Shown piece by piece: positions 1 through 13,210 of a stretch of 64,000 nt of DNA. Position 1 is the first letter of the stretch. Each line of letters opens with the position of its first letter. The position numbers and the translations under genes were made by a program. The DNA lies in the NCBI RefSeq assembly GCF_006345805.1, contig NC_043001.1:51150001-51214000 (forward strand), given 5' to 3'. Origin of the DNA: Octopus sinensis (taxonomy: Eukaryota). The notes under the pieces were generated by a model, which ran no database searches, was not told the DNA's origin, and saw only the letters and a list, made by a program, of their open reading frames with translations.

Positions 1-1161
1 TGGTGGCATTAATAAATATGGATCCCTGCCTCTTTGGGCTTTATCAGTAGCAAATGTCCACAAATCTCTGCATGCTAAGACAAAATTACTGATGTTGCGA
101 TTAGCCAGCACTGTTTTACTATATCAGTGGTGGCTTATTTTGTCTTAGCAGTTGCTAGTAGACATTTGCAATTGATGAAGATGAAATGCTTTAAGTAGGA
201 TTAACCTAGTACTACTTCTGCTGTTCATCACAAATTGTTATAGAAATTTTTATGTAGGGGTACTTTGAATTATAGAATATATTTCAAGGAGTCTCCAAAG
301 GTAAACAGGTTGAGAAATATGTCTCTATGTGCCTGCTCAACATACTTCGGATAGTAAATAGATCTCCTTTAAATCTCACCAATCAGCTTAACCCTTTAGC
401 ATTTAAACTGGCTATATCTGGCCCAAATAATCTTACTGTTTTGTGTTCAAACGGGCCAGATCTAGCCCCTCACACCTACCCAACTTTTGTCATTCTAAAC
501 ATATACAGTCACATCATTGAACTCTGTTAGCTGTCAGATAATACATGAGTAATTCAAAATAATGTGAATATATAAGCATTACTTTTGATAGAATAATATA
601 AAATGTTAAAGAATATTATAAATGTTAAGAAAATGTTTCACAAGATATTATAGACTGAGGGACACTATGTTTGAAAAAAATGAAAGATAGACTGTTATAG
701 AGGAAATGGCTATTGTTCATAGATCTGCTCAGTCTAATCAGGGCCATCTCAACAGCCCTATAAGCAAAGCAAAGTATGGGACCTATAGTATTTATTAACT
801 GGAAGCAAGTCACAGAATGCATTAAGGTCCCATGACAACTGTCTTGAGTTGGCACCAGATCCACTTGGGGTTAAACAATAATGACGAGAACCATGTCAAC
901 ACCCTAAACATCTTTCAAACGAGCAGTGCATGTTTTAATCTTAAATTTTTAAAAGTTTTGCTTCAAAAGCCAATATTTGGACAATGATGGAACAAATTCT
1001 TTAATTACAAAACTTAAGATACGAAAAATTGAAAATAATTGAATTGGGTTGATGGCAGGAATGGAGATTATTTAGTGAGTGGGGAGATGTGTTGAATGAT
1101 GTATGCAAAAAAAATAGAAAATCTAAATCAATCGAATTTTACTTTTATTTTATCTTTTATG

Positions 1162-1545
1162 TTTTACTTGTTTCAGTCATTAGACTGCAGCCATGCTGGG
1201 GCACTGTCTTGAAGAATTTTAGTCAAATGAATCAACCCTAGTCTTTTTTTTTTTTTTTTTGTTACACTTGGTACTTATTCTATTAGTTTCTTTTGCTGAA
1301 CAGCTAAGTTATGGGGATGTAAACTCATCAACACTGGTTGTCAAGTAGTGGTAGGGACCCCCCCACACACACACATGCACATACACACACACATGCACAT
1401 ACACACACACCAGTTTCTGTCTACCAAATCCACTCACAAAGTTTTGGTTGGCCTGAGACTATAGAAGACACTTACTCAAGGTGCTACACAGTGGGGATGA
1501 ACCCACAACCATGTGGTTAGGAAGCAAACTTTTTACCACAGAGCC
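1162..1545 (-). mobile_element. SINE family A copy
   Basis: Reverse complement of the 8845-9200 family (ttacttgtttcagtcatt ... accacagagcc). Confidence 0.85.
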
Positions 1546-1994
1546 AAAAATATATAAATCTAATGATAAGTGCTAGCACCTTTCAGGAAAAAGAAAGGAA
1601 GAATTTATTTCACACAAAAAACTGACCTTACAAGCTCAGGGAAAAAACATCTTTGCTAACATTCATGCTGATAGCTTCAGATATGTTTCTGTCTTATTAG
1701 ACTTTATCAGAAAAGCATAGTCTTCTCAAACCTGCTTTAATTAGTGGACAGATTTCTTTTTCAAGTAAAAATAGCATTGGGAAGACATTTGCATCAAAAT
1801 AACTTGCATAATTGCAGAAAGAGAAATATGGGAAATAACTCAAATAGACTTCAATGGCATTAATTTTAATCAGTCATGGACAAACTGAATGGCATGCCAC
1901 ATGAAAAATTACTTTGAATCTTTTTAGCAGTGTGGACCACCTGAAGATGAGCGGTGATTCATGTTGCCTACTTCTCAGAAAAGGATGACCAAAG

Positions 1995-2360
1995 TGCACC
2001 GTGGCCGATGCTAGTGCCGCCCCAACTGGCCTCCGTGCCAGTGGCACGTAAAAAGCACCATCCGATTGTGGCCATTGCCAGCCTCGTCTGGCCCCCGTGC
2101 CAGTGGCACGTAAAAAGCACCATCCGATTGTGGCTGTTTGCCAGCCTCGTCTGGCACCTGTGCAGGTGGCACATAAAAAGCACCCACTACACTCTCGGAG
2201 TGGTTGGTGTTAGGAAGGACATCCAGCTGTAGAAACACTGCCAGATCAGACTGGGCCTGGCACAGCCTCCTGGCTTCCCAGACCCCAGTTGAACTGTCCA
2301 ACCCATTCTAGCATGGAAAACGGACGTTAAACGATGATGATGATGATGATGATGATGATG
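1995..2360 (+). mobile_element. Family C element with 3 modules
   Basis: Same 3' end and (gat)n tail. Other copies at ~28195-28432 (+), 62630-63015 (+), 24335-24560 (-), 32450-32620 (-) and 54055-54225 (-). Confidence 0.85.
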
Positions 2361-2883
2361 GTGTATGCAAAAAAAAATTGAAAATTTAATCCTTTAGTAT
2401 TGAAACTGGTCATATCAGGCTCAAATAGTCTACCTGTTAAATGCTGGTCAGATCCAGCCTCTCACACATATCCTATAATGTTATTCTTAAAATAAACAAT
2501 TACATCATTGAAATATCAAAGCTACAAGATAATAGGTGATAAATTCAAAACAATGTGAATAAATAAGTAATACATTTGACAGAATAAGCTGAATGCTAAA
2601 TGGTTTAAAACAAAAAACAAAAAAAACCTTGTGGTAATTGTTAGCCGCTAATTTTCTTAAACAAAAAGTGGAAATAATTCTCTATCATAAAGAATTGATT
2701 TCACATAAAATTGAATTTTCATACTTTGGCTAAATTTCTTAAGATTTGTTTTCTAACAAGTCTTGTTCAACAACAATATCAACGACTCAATGTTTTACAG
2801 TAGCTGTTAATACTAATAAATTCCTAATTAGCAAATAGACACATTCTAATTATGATATAGTAGCCACTTACTTAAAGTGATGT

Positions 2884-3105
2884 TTACTGAGCTGACTACT
2901 ACTACTACTACTACTACTACTACTGTTGTTCTTATTGCTGCTGCTAGTATTCTTGGGGTAACTGCTACTTTTACCCCTGCTGCTACTGCTGTTGCTGCTG
3001 CTGCTGTTGCTGCTGCTATTGCTACTGCTGCTGCTGCTGCTGCTGCTACTACTACTACTACTGTTGCTGCTGCTGTTACTATTACTTCTTTTGCTGCTGC
3101 TGCTG

Positions 3106-3146
<41 letters not shown>

Positions 3147-3265
3147 GCTACTACTTTTGCTGGTGCTGCTACTACAACAACTACTACTACTACTACAACT
3201 GTTGCTACTACTATTACTTCTTCCAGTATCTGCTACTTCTACTACTACTGCTACTGCTACTACTG

Positions 3266-3302
<37 letters not shown>

Positions 3303-3345
3303 AACTACTACTACTACTACTACTACTCTACTGCTGCTGCTTCTG
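2884..3345. repeat. Compound (ACT)n/(GCT)n trinucleotide repeat
   Basis: Explains the poly-T/A, poly-L, poly-Y, poly-S and poly-V ORFs. Confidence 0.95.
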
Positions 3346-5641
3346 CAATTAATATTTTTATGCTTTGGTTTCATATTTATATATTTTCTATCTTTTTTAT
3401 AGCTGCAGCTTGGTTTATCATATTTACATGGTTTCCATACAATGATCCAAGAGATTTTTTTATTTATATAGTTCTATAGTGGTTACTGCAGGCGCTGGGC
3501 ACTTGAATTGGTCATTCTTAATTTTAGTCATTGAAAATATCTTTGAAAATCCTTGCAATCATGGCTAAGTGGTTAAGATGTTTGTTTCGCAACCATGGGA
3601 TTCTGGATTTGATCCTCTGTGTGGCACCTACTACTAAAGTGTCCTCAACTAAAGTTTCAGGTTGACCAATGCCTCATGAGTGGAATTTTGATAGATGGAA
3701 AGTGTGCATCATCAATATTGTCATTGTTCTTTTAATGTCCACTTTTCCATGCTTCTCTGGGTCAGATGGAATTTGCTGAGGTGTTTTTTTTTTTGTCATG
3801 GCTGGATGCCCTTCCTGTTGCTAACCCTTCACTTGCCTCGAAGTGAGTGAATATTCCCTTATGACCAGACATATTTCATGGTTGATTGTAAATGGACACC
3901 ATTTACATGATTAACATTTGTGTATAACTATCATGGGATGTATGTATGTATGTATGTATGTATGTATGTATGTATGTATGTATGTATGTATGTATTTATG
4001 TATGTATGTGTGATGGATTTCTTTCAGTTTCCATCAGCTAAATCTACTCAGAAAGGCTTTGGCTAGGTACATATGTATGTTTATATTTTTTGCCAATGTA
4101 TATTGGCAAAGGATGTAAAATTTGGTGAAAAATTATTTCTCTTTGAAGAATCTTTTCTTACAATTAAGTCTTTGGCACCAGATTGTAGATGCTCCTTTCT
4201 TTGAGAAAACTACAATCAATGATGCGATTATTCATAAATTGTGATATAAATTAAATAAATAATCAATAGTTGGGATGGATACAGCCCATAGCTAATCTCT
4301 ATTTTATAGCTATTACAACCACTACAAATACATATTTAGCTACACACAAGATATACAGTCATATTAGCAGGCGTGTAGAAGGAAATATTGAGAGCTACAT
4401 GTCTGTAGATCTCATTTAGTTGTTTGTTTAGCTGACTATCTACATAACACACTATCCTCCAGTGTGTAGTTGCAAGCAAGGTCTCTTGACTTTTTGTATT
4501 TATTGGATTTTGGGTGAGTATGCAGTAGATGCAACTGAATGGAGTAAAGCAACATGAAATGGAGTATTTTGTCCAAGGTGACTGTGTTGCCTTGTGCAGG
4601 GATGACCTTATTATCATAGGTCCAATAGTTTAACCATTAAGCTGATTGATGTTTATAGTGCAGGAATTGTTACCTACTTCCAAATTCTAATCATTTTCAT
4701 GCTATAGCACTATCTGATTCAAAGTTCTGAGACTACTTGACAACAACAGCAACAAAATAAATAGTTCCAAGGACCTTATCTGTGGTTACTTTTACTTGCT
4801 TAAAAAAGTAGACTAATCTTAATCTCCTTCAAATCAGACCCGACTATCTTAAAAAAAAGAAAAGATACATTGCACTACAGAATCACAGATGTATAAAAAT
4901 ATGTTTAGACAAGGAGAAAATTAGAAATCAGAGAACTACAGAAGATTGTCAATGATATGAAAAAACTGAACAAGTTGTCAGAAATAAAAGGACTAAAGGT
5001 ACAAATACACAAATCATCTGAATCAAATTTATATCTTCAATATAATTTATTAGAAGTAAACTGAAAAATCTTGGATGCAAGTATTGATAAATTGTTAAAA
5101 AATTTCAATTCAAACCATGAGGTCTTATGTTTGATGTCATTGTGTTAACATCTTGAATAAGGGTAATTTTCAAAGTCTTGTGAGCGAAATTGGATTAATA
5201 GAAACTGTGTGGAACCCTCTCAGATGGTCTGGCATTGTCATACTGTTTTGGTTTAGAATTATTCAAAGGTTTACGTGTCTTTGGAATACTCAGCCACTTA
5301 CATATTTAACAGTTTTGGCTGTTTAGTTGACAAAACAATTGAATGCTTGGTGTTGAAAGGGACAAATGATCCATCAAACTGGATATCTAAATCAGGTATT
5401 GCTCATTGTATTCTGAATCCACAATCCTACATTTGATGTATATCGACATGGTTATTGCAACCATGTAGATATATTAAAAAGAAAATGATATGTTCACTAA
5501 TGAGTATTAGAGGAACTCATGACAAGGAAATATAATGTGAGAGATGGGGTTGAAGAGAATCATAAGAACTAATTGCATTACTGAAAATTCTTTAATTCCA
5601 TTCATCTAGTGTCAATTTCTTTGGTTAAATTTCACTTCCAG

Positions 5642-5792
5642 ATATGGCAACATTAAAATGGTGTCCTATAATCTGACAGACCTTCGTGAAAGACGGCTTG
5701 CTAACCAACGAGAAATGCTTCATCAGCTTAAGAACTCCCCCAATCCAAGAACAACAGATGACACTATCAATAACAATGCTACATCCCTATAA
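5642..5792 (+). CDS. Candidate stop-containing exon of a plus-strand gene, YGNIKMVSYNLTDLRERRLANQREMLHQLKNSPNPRTTDDTINNNATSL*
   Basis: Acceptor aaatttcacttccag| at 5641, phase 2, 49 open codons then TAA TAG; repeat-free, CpG-retaining, protein-like composition; AATAAA at 6028-6033. Family not recognised. Confidence 0.55.
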
Positions 5793-7026
5793 TAGGTGAT
5801 TCACTCTTAGCATAGCATTGTTTTCTCTTATTTCTTCTTCCCCTTAACTGTCTGTTTCTTTTTCTCCTGGTGCGGGAAATGCTTCTTTGGAATATTCAAG
5901 CCAGCTGTTTATAATTTTATTAAATTGCATGAGATTTCTGGGATTTTTATTTTCTATAATTTCATTCACAAATGTTTCTGTTTTATCCTATTACCATTTC
6001 ATTATTTTGGTACATAACACCATACTTAATAAATCACTTACAGTAATGTGCATGTTGGGTTTGGTTTGGTGAGTATATTAACAGTAAACATATTTAATCT
6101 GTTTCTATAAGTTTTGTTATGAATTTCCTTTTCATTAACTCTAAATTCAGTTTCTGTAATTTTGAATTTAAGGTGTGGTGCCATCTCTATGTTTGTTTTA
6201 GTTAGACTGTTTGTATAAAATGTTTTTAGCACTTTTGAATTTTGGTGTAAAATCCATTTTACAAACTTGAATAAGCATACTCATGAGAACATATATATAT
6301 ACTCTTACATATATACACATGCACACCCACACATTAGAAATTTGACCAGTGAAGCTATGTTCTGTTGGATGTTTGGAATCTTATCACATTTCCACAATTA
6401 AGTGGATTCAGGTTCAATCCTATTGTGTTGTACCGTAAACAAATGTCTTTTACCATATTCATTAGTCAAACAAACTTTCAGCTATCATTAAATATAAACC
6501 AAATATAATTTCATTCTAAACATGTCGTTCTTAAGGTGAGTGGTACTACTCTGGCAGGGCGATGGGTTTCTCTTAGGAAGTATATGAATATGACAGATCT
6601 TAAATCATGATGATATATGGTGCAGAATAGTTCAGGAATAAAAACACAAAAAAGAACTAGTGTGCTGCATTACAAAACTTAGCCATTTAGTAAAACTTAA
6701 TTCAGGATTTTAAAAATCTTTGATTCTAACTATGTCAGTAATAAAATAGAATGACAAAAAGATCCCTTATTAAGGTTTACCCTCATGATTTCACCCTCTG
6801 CCCTACACTTTTTTCTCCTTGTTTTCTTGATACTCTCCTCACTGTATATCAAACATTTCCTGTCAATTTTTTCTTCATTATTTCGGCTTCTGTATAGCTT
6901 CACTTTTGTGTGTGACTAGCTTACAAACAGTGTGAAGTCTTTGTACAGTTTTGGTCTTGAACCCATTTTACAAACTTGAATTCACAAAGCATATGTATAC
7001 ACATGAACACACAAAAATGCATATGT

Positions 7027-7060
<34 letters not shown>

Positions 7061-7807
7061 TTAATCAGTTTAATGTTAAATTTTCATCTTTATATCTAAA
7101 AGCAGATTTCAAATTAGATTACTGAAGCTATGTTCTGCTGAATGCTTTGAATCTTATCACATACCCACACCAAAGTGGTTCCAAGTTCAATCCCACTGTG
7201 CAGTACTTAGGCAAGTGTCGCTTATGTCATTCATTGTCAACCAAAGCAGTGTATAATTAAAATACAATAAATGGAAACTATGTTGAAACCAGGAACTGTG
7301 ATGGTGCCTGTTTCTCATTGACTGACATGGTCTGCCAACAAGTTTAAAACCATCATCAGGCCTTTGGATACCTCTAGTAAAACCCAGTCTATTTCAAGTA
7401 TTTGGGCCAGGATTTTAGCGTAAGGATAACTTCTAAGCTCTCTCTCCCAACGGCCTGGGAACCCTGAAAAGAGACTGAGAATTGCCTTCCTTCTCTGAAT
7501 AAACTACTAAAAAATACTTTCAAGAATATATTCAAAATTTCTCATATTACAAACAAATGTAAGATGTGTGTGTCTCTTTCCTTTTCACATACTTTCTCTC
7601 TATCTAGTTATCCATTTTTCTCTTTAAATGAAATCTAGCCCCATCTCTCCCTCTCTTTATACATCCATCTCTTTCCTTTCTTTCTCTAATCAATTTAATG
7701 TTAGATACAGTAGTTCTTATTGGATGTGTTGTTTTTGTATATATTTATAAACACATATATATATATGTATGCACTATGCATTTTATGAATGGTAATCCAC
7801 TTTTTGT

Positions 7808-8050
7808 GGAGGCACGTGGCTTAGTTGTTAGGGTGTCAGCATTATGATCATAAGATTGTGGTTTTGATTCCTGGACTGGGTGACACACTGTGTACTTGAG
7901 CAAAACACTTCATTTCACGTTGCTCCAGTTCACTCAGCTGGCAAAAATGAGTAATGCTGCGATGGACTGGCGTCCTGTCCAGCTGGGGAACACATATGCC
8001 ATTGAAACCGGGCCCATGAGCCTGGCTAGGCTTTAAAAGGGCGCATTTAT
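7808..8050 (+). mobile_element. tRNA-derived SINE family D
   Basis: ggcacgtggcttagttgttaggg...gttttgattcctgg head followed by cttgagcaaaacacttcatttcac. Minus copies at ~22110-22250, 34070-34380 and 48990-49115. Confidence 0.8.
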
Positions 8051-8844
8051 TTATTTTATAGTCCACTTTGTAAATTGGTTGGCATTAGGAAAGCATCCAG
8101 CCATAAAACCATGCCAGAACAGATAGTGGAGTTTGGTGCAGTCTTCTGGTTTGCAAACTCCCGTCAAACCAGCATGGACGATGGATGTCAAATGATAATG
8201 ATGATGATGATGTTCATTTTTATTAGGTGGCCAGTTGAATGGAGTTATGGTTTCAAATTTTATAGGTGCTCTTGTGTACTGTACAGTTGGAGATAGTGTT
8301 GGATATTTTTTTTATTAATGATGCAATCATCTTGAATTATATCTTTCCAAATATAACTGAAGATATATTCATAAATTTAGGTTCTTTCACTTTCATCTAT
8401 TATCATGGTACTGGATAAACCAACAAGAGAGCATCCACAAAGTCACTCCTCCTGCTAGAAATAGCAGACAATTCTCCTTCAAATAGCACCCTGCTGTTTT
8501 AAATAATGTGGTTGTAGACTTACCAGGGGATGGTTATGTCCAGAACGACTTTGATAAGTCTTAGGTCTGGTTTAATTGGAGTTGATTTGGAGCTAAATAA
8601 CAATAACAAGAAAGTACAACAAATGAATGTTATCCTTGATTACTCAATGAGGATGAACATTCCTCCTCTGCTCTGACAGTTTTTTAGTAATTACAATCAT
8701 TATCATCATCTGATTGGATAACTTGTCCAGACCAATACAAATCCTCAATGACCTGTTTTAGTGATGAAGATGAAGCATGAATGTCTGGCTTGGGATCTAG
8801 TCTCATATACTATATATATATATATATATACATAAGTCCAGATA

Positions 8845-9200
8845 GGCGCAGGAGTGGCTGTGTGGTAAGTAGCTGGCTAACCAACCACATGCTTCCGGGT
8901 TCAGTCCCACTGCGTGGCATCTTGGGCAAGTGTCTTCTGCTATAGCCCCGGGCCGACCAAAGCCTTGTGAGTGGATTTGGTAGACGGAAGCTGAAAGAAG
9001 CCTGTCGTGTATATGTATATATATATATATATATGTGTATGTGTGTGTTTGTCCCTCTAGCATTGCTTGACAACCGATGCTGGTGTGTTTACATCCCCGT
9101 CACTTAGCGGTTCAGCAAAAGAGACCGATAGAATAAGTACTGGGCTTACAAAGTATGGCCGCAGTCAAATGACTGAAACAAGTAAACGAGTAAACGAGTA
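8845..9200 (+). mobile_element. tRNA-derived SINE family A (~350-400 bp, internal TA/TG microsatellite)
   Basis: Head ggcgcaggagtggctgtgtggtaag...gggttcagtccc, CORE-like cttgggcaagtgtcttct, tail ccgcagtcaaatgactgaaacaagtaaacgag. Confidence 0.9.
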
Positions 9201-9699
9201 ATATACAAACAAGTGGGGGAGGCACAGGCCTAAATACCTTTGTTTATAGGTTTGTTCAATCAAGTTTAATATGATGTTTAGAACAACAACATAACATAAA
9301 GATAATTGATTTGCTATAAATAGGAACCAAGTTTCTTTATAATTCCTTTACGTTCTTGAGAAATAAAAGTTCACATTGGATAATGTTGTCCAAGCAACAC
9401 TATGCCTGAAAAGATGAGATGCTCACAGCTTGAATATCATTAATCACAGCTCTATCTGCTAGGTCAGGCCAAATTGAAGTTACATCATTTTACATATAAT
9501 AAAACACAATGTGTGTGTCTTGTTGGTCATGATTGTGGGGAAAGAAGAGTAAAACAGCAAACAGAGTGGGGGTGGGTAACAGTGACAGATGCTAAAGCAG
9601 GTGACAGCATTTAAAGGATTTGCTCTGAAGACACTGATATTTTAATCAAAATAAACTCCAAATTTTTATCATAAATTGAATTTACTTCATCAGTCCCTC

Positions 9700-9767
<68 letters not shown>

Positions 9768-10189
9768 ACACAATTATATATGAAGTTAAATATTTTGTTT
9801 TCAAAATATTATTGTTCACATTACATATATATAGGCACATGGGTGGCTGTGTAGTAAGTAGCTTGCTTAACAGCCACATGGTTCTGGGTTCAGTCCTATT
9901 GTGTGGCACCTTGGGCATGTGTTTTCTACTATAGCTTTGGGCTGACCAAAGCCTTGTGAGTGGATTTGGCAGATGTATCAGATTCTTTAAGTGCTTCAAT
10001 TCTGTGTATGTATGTTTATTTACTAGATTGTTGACATTTATTAATTGTTTTCTCCATTCTGTTGATGCACCATTTTCTATTATTAATAAAACTGTTGGAA
10101 TTTTTGACAACACATGTATTCTAGTAACAAATATAATAATCTTTTTCACTATCAGAACAAGGTCTGATATTTTGGATGAGGGGCACTAG

Positions 10190-11200
10190 TGCTTGATTGG
10201 TACTTATTTAATCCTAAAAGAATGAAAGGTAAAGTGGATCTTTGTGGAATTTGAACTCAGAATGCAAAGACTGACAAAATGCAACTAAGCATTTGCAAAT
10301 GATTCTACTAACTCACCATCCTAAAAACTATAATAATAGTTTCAAATTTTGCCACAAGGACAGCAATTTTGAGGAAGAGGATGAGTCGATTACATCAACT
10401 CCAGTGTTCATCATCATCATCATCATCATCATCCAGTGTTTTAAGTTTGAATTTTGTCCCTGTTAATGGTAGTGACCAGATTTACCTCAATGCCATAGCA
10501 ACTGAGGTAGGCAGGTGCAGTCCATTCTAACCTTTGGGTTGGCTGGTGCCCATTCTCCTTTCCTATCACGAGGCTTTTTTTTTGGAGCTGGATTTTCTGC
10601 AGGGAGCATGCACTTGCTTACCCCCAACTTCAGTTTCTAGACATGAGTGGTCCTGAGACCAAGGACTTTACCATGATTTTTAAGATATGTGGTGGAAAAC
10701 TAGCTCAGGAAGGCAGAGATACTACTCCCTGAGACCCCTTTTGGAGTCCTGCCTTCTGGTACTTATTTTACTGACCCTGAAAGGATGAAAGGCAAAGTCA
10801 GCCTCAGTGGAATTTGAACTCAGAATATGGGCGAAATACTGCTCAGCATTTTATCCAGCCCACTAACGATTCTGCCAGCTCACCACCTTAAAAACAACTA
10901 TAATAATAAAACATTAACATAAACAAATCCCCCTCTTCCTTTTCTTTTCCTCCTTGTCATCATTAGCATCATCATCAATAATATCGGTTTCAGATTTTTG
11001 CTCAAGGCCAGCAACTTTCAAGGAAGGTGTCAGTCACTTACATCGACCCCAGTGCACAACTGGTACTTATTTTATTGACTTTAGAAGGATGAAAGCTGAA
11101 GTCGACCCCAGTGGCATTTGAACTCTGAATGTAAAGTTGGAAAATATGCTGCTAATCACTTTGTCAGGAATAGTCATAACTCTGCCAGCCCACCACCTTA
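10190..11200 (-). mobile_element. Three decayed family-B SINE copies (~10190-10320, 10750-10890, 11030-11200)
   Basis: Each carries the reverse-strand motif ggtacttattt..gacccc.aaaggatgaaagg..aagtc.acctcag.ggaatttgaactc. Confidence 0.85.
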
Positions 11201-11337
11201 ATAACAACTAACATCATTAATATCACCATCATCAACATCACCATCATCAATAACATTGATTATATTGTTTGTTTTTCCAGTTTCAGCTCTTGAGCTGTGG
11301 CCATGCTGGGGCACCGCCATTGTGGTGAAAGAGTACA

Positions 11338-11484
11338 GCAGGGATCACCACCATCCCCTGCCGGAGCCTCGTAGAGCTTTTAGGTGTTTTCGCTCAATAA
11401 ACACACACAACGCCCGGTCTGAGAATCGAAACCGCGATCCTGCGACCGCGAGTCCGCTGCCCTAACCACTAGGCCATTGCGCCT
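11338..11484 (-). mobile_element. CpG-rich young tRNA-headed SINE
   Basis: ggcgcaatggcctagtggttaggg (A box) ...ggtttcgattc (B box), continuing into a non-tRNA body. Confidence 0.75.
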
Positions 11485-11603
11485 CTATATATATATATAA
11501 TTTAAAATGAGGGTGTGAAATTTGATATTAATTTAATTAACATCGATTTCACACCAGTGGTCCAGCATATAAAAAAATCTGAAGGTTCAGTAAAATTATA
11601 TTA

Positions 11604-12010
11604 TATACAAATGAGAGGGATGACCACTATGTGGACAACCCTTATGCTAGAAGGAGATCTGCTATGGTCTTACCACTAAGAAATGTTCTCTAGAAAAATT
11701 TAGCAAGCAACCAAAACGTAATCAAGCAAGACAAAAGAAAAGCAATAAAAATATGGATTATTCACATACATGTTTCACTATTAACATATTACTTAATTTT
11801 ACTTATATAAATGTCCGTAAATCTTCAGTGTGACGGTTCAAAATAAATATAATTTGCAGGACTATATACTAGGACGTCTGCACAAAGTCAGACTTGTTTG
11901 ATTATGTCTTGGTTACTTGCTAAATTTTTCTTGAGAAAATTTCTTAGTGGTAAGACCATAGCGGATCTACTTCTAGCATAAAGGTTGTCCACATAGTGGT
12001 CATCCCTCTC

Positions 12011-12017
<7 letters not shown>
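11604..12017. mobile_element. MITE-like element with ~125-bp inverted arms
   Basis: atgagagggatgaccactatgtggacaacc...aatcaagcaagac (11611-11732) mirrored at 11891-12012; flanked by TA repeats. Confidence 0.85.
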
Positions 12018-12083
<66 letters not shown>

Positions 12084-12264
12084 TATATGTATATATGATA
12101 GATCGCTAGCCACTACACACATTTTTTTCTCTCCTTGTTTCTTTCTGTGGAAGAGCATAGGCTCGAAATGTTAAAGACTTTTTCAATTCCCGAGCGTTAT
12201 ACTAATACAACTGTTTGTTTTCTACACCACCTGTCTTTGTCTTTTGTTTTTTTGCGAATTCTCT

Positions 12265-12307
<43 letters not shown>

Positions 12308-12335
12308 TATTACAATATATATTTTTCTTTTTCAG

Positions 12336-12567
12336 TGAAGTTATCATCCTTCCCGCTAAAGTAATTAACAGCCCAGCAAAATCTACAGAAGATTATTCAC
12401 CAAGAATCTATAACCTGCAGGATTCATCCGAACATAATGTATATCATCCAGTTGTATGGCCAAAGTCAAATGAAAGTGAAAGAACGGTTCAAAAAATACA
12501 TTTGGCAAATTATCATGACAATAGCCAAAAGATAATGGTTGATTCAGATGAAGAAGATATGCGATAA
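12336..12567 (+). CDS. Candidate terminal exon of a plus-strand gene, EVIILPAKVINSPAKSTEDYSPRIYNLQDSSEHNVYHPVVWP...DSDEEDMR*
   Basis: Acceptor atttttctttttcag| at 12335, phase 2, 76 open codons to TAA; hydrophilic, Tyr-motif-containing, not repeat-derived. Confidence 0.55.
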
Positions 12568-12834
12568 CAACTATCATTTTATCAACTTTGGTAATTTTAT
12601 CAACCTATTCTGTATGCTATATTCAAGAATATATTTATATTTCAGGAATATATAAATATATATATATATCCTTCAGCTAATATCAAGAAACACTCTCACA
12701 CATACATTTAAAAAGACACACACACACTTGTCTGTTCTTCATGTTTCTGTTTTCATGTATATATACATACATACATCTATATAATTACCCATCTACCTGC
12801 CTATCTATCTATCTATTCTTTATTCTTTTACACT

Positions 12835-13210
12835 TTTACTTGTTTCAGTCATTTGACTGTGGCCATGCTGGAGCACCGCCTTTTAGTTAAAGAAATCAAC
12901 CCCTAGACTTATTCTTTGTAAGCCTGGTGCTTATTCTATTGGTCTTTTCTGCTGAACTGCTAAGTTATGGGGATGTAAGAACATCAACATTGGTTGTCAA
13001 GCGATGGTGGGAGGAGACTAACACAGACACAAACACACACACACACATGAATATATGCATGTATTTGACGGGCTTCTTTCAGTTTCTGTCTACCAAATCC
13101 ACTCACAAAGCTTTTCTATAGTAGAAAAGACTTGTCCAAGATGCCATGCTGCGGGACTGAACCTGGAACCATGTGGTTGGGAAGCAAGCCTCTTACCACA
13201 CAGCCATGCC
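12835..13210 (-). mobile_element. SINE family A copy
   Basis: Same tail-to-head motifs as 1162-1545. Confidence 0.85.

Noticed and set aside
258-300. Plus-strand exon candidates upstream of 5642 (258-300, ~1928-1953, ~5313-5395)
   Set aside because: Plausible AG/GT pairs exist, but I could not assemble a unique, phase-consistent chain.
2868-3479. Long Ala/Thr-, Leu- and Ser-rich ORFs (mucin- or antifreeze-glycoprotein-like)
   Set aside because: They are translations of an ACT/GCT trinucleotide repeat; there is no Ala-Ala-Thr periodicity and no coherent gene structure.
11338-11484. Possible tRNA gene
   Set aside because: A and B boxes are present, but the anticodon arm is defective, there is no acceptor stem or oligo-T terminator, and it runs into a SINE body.
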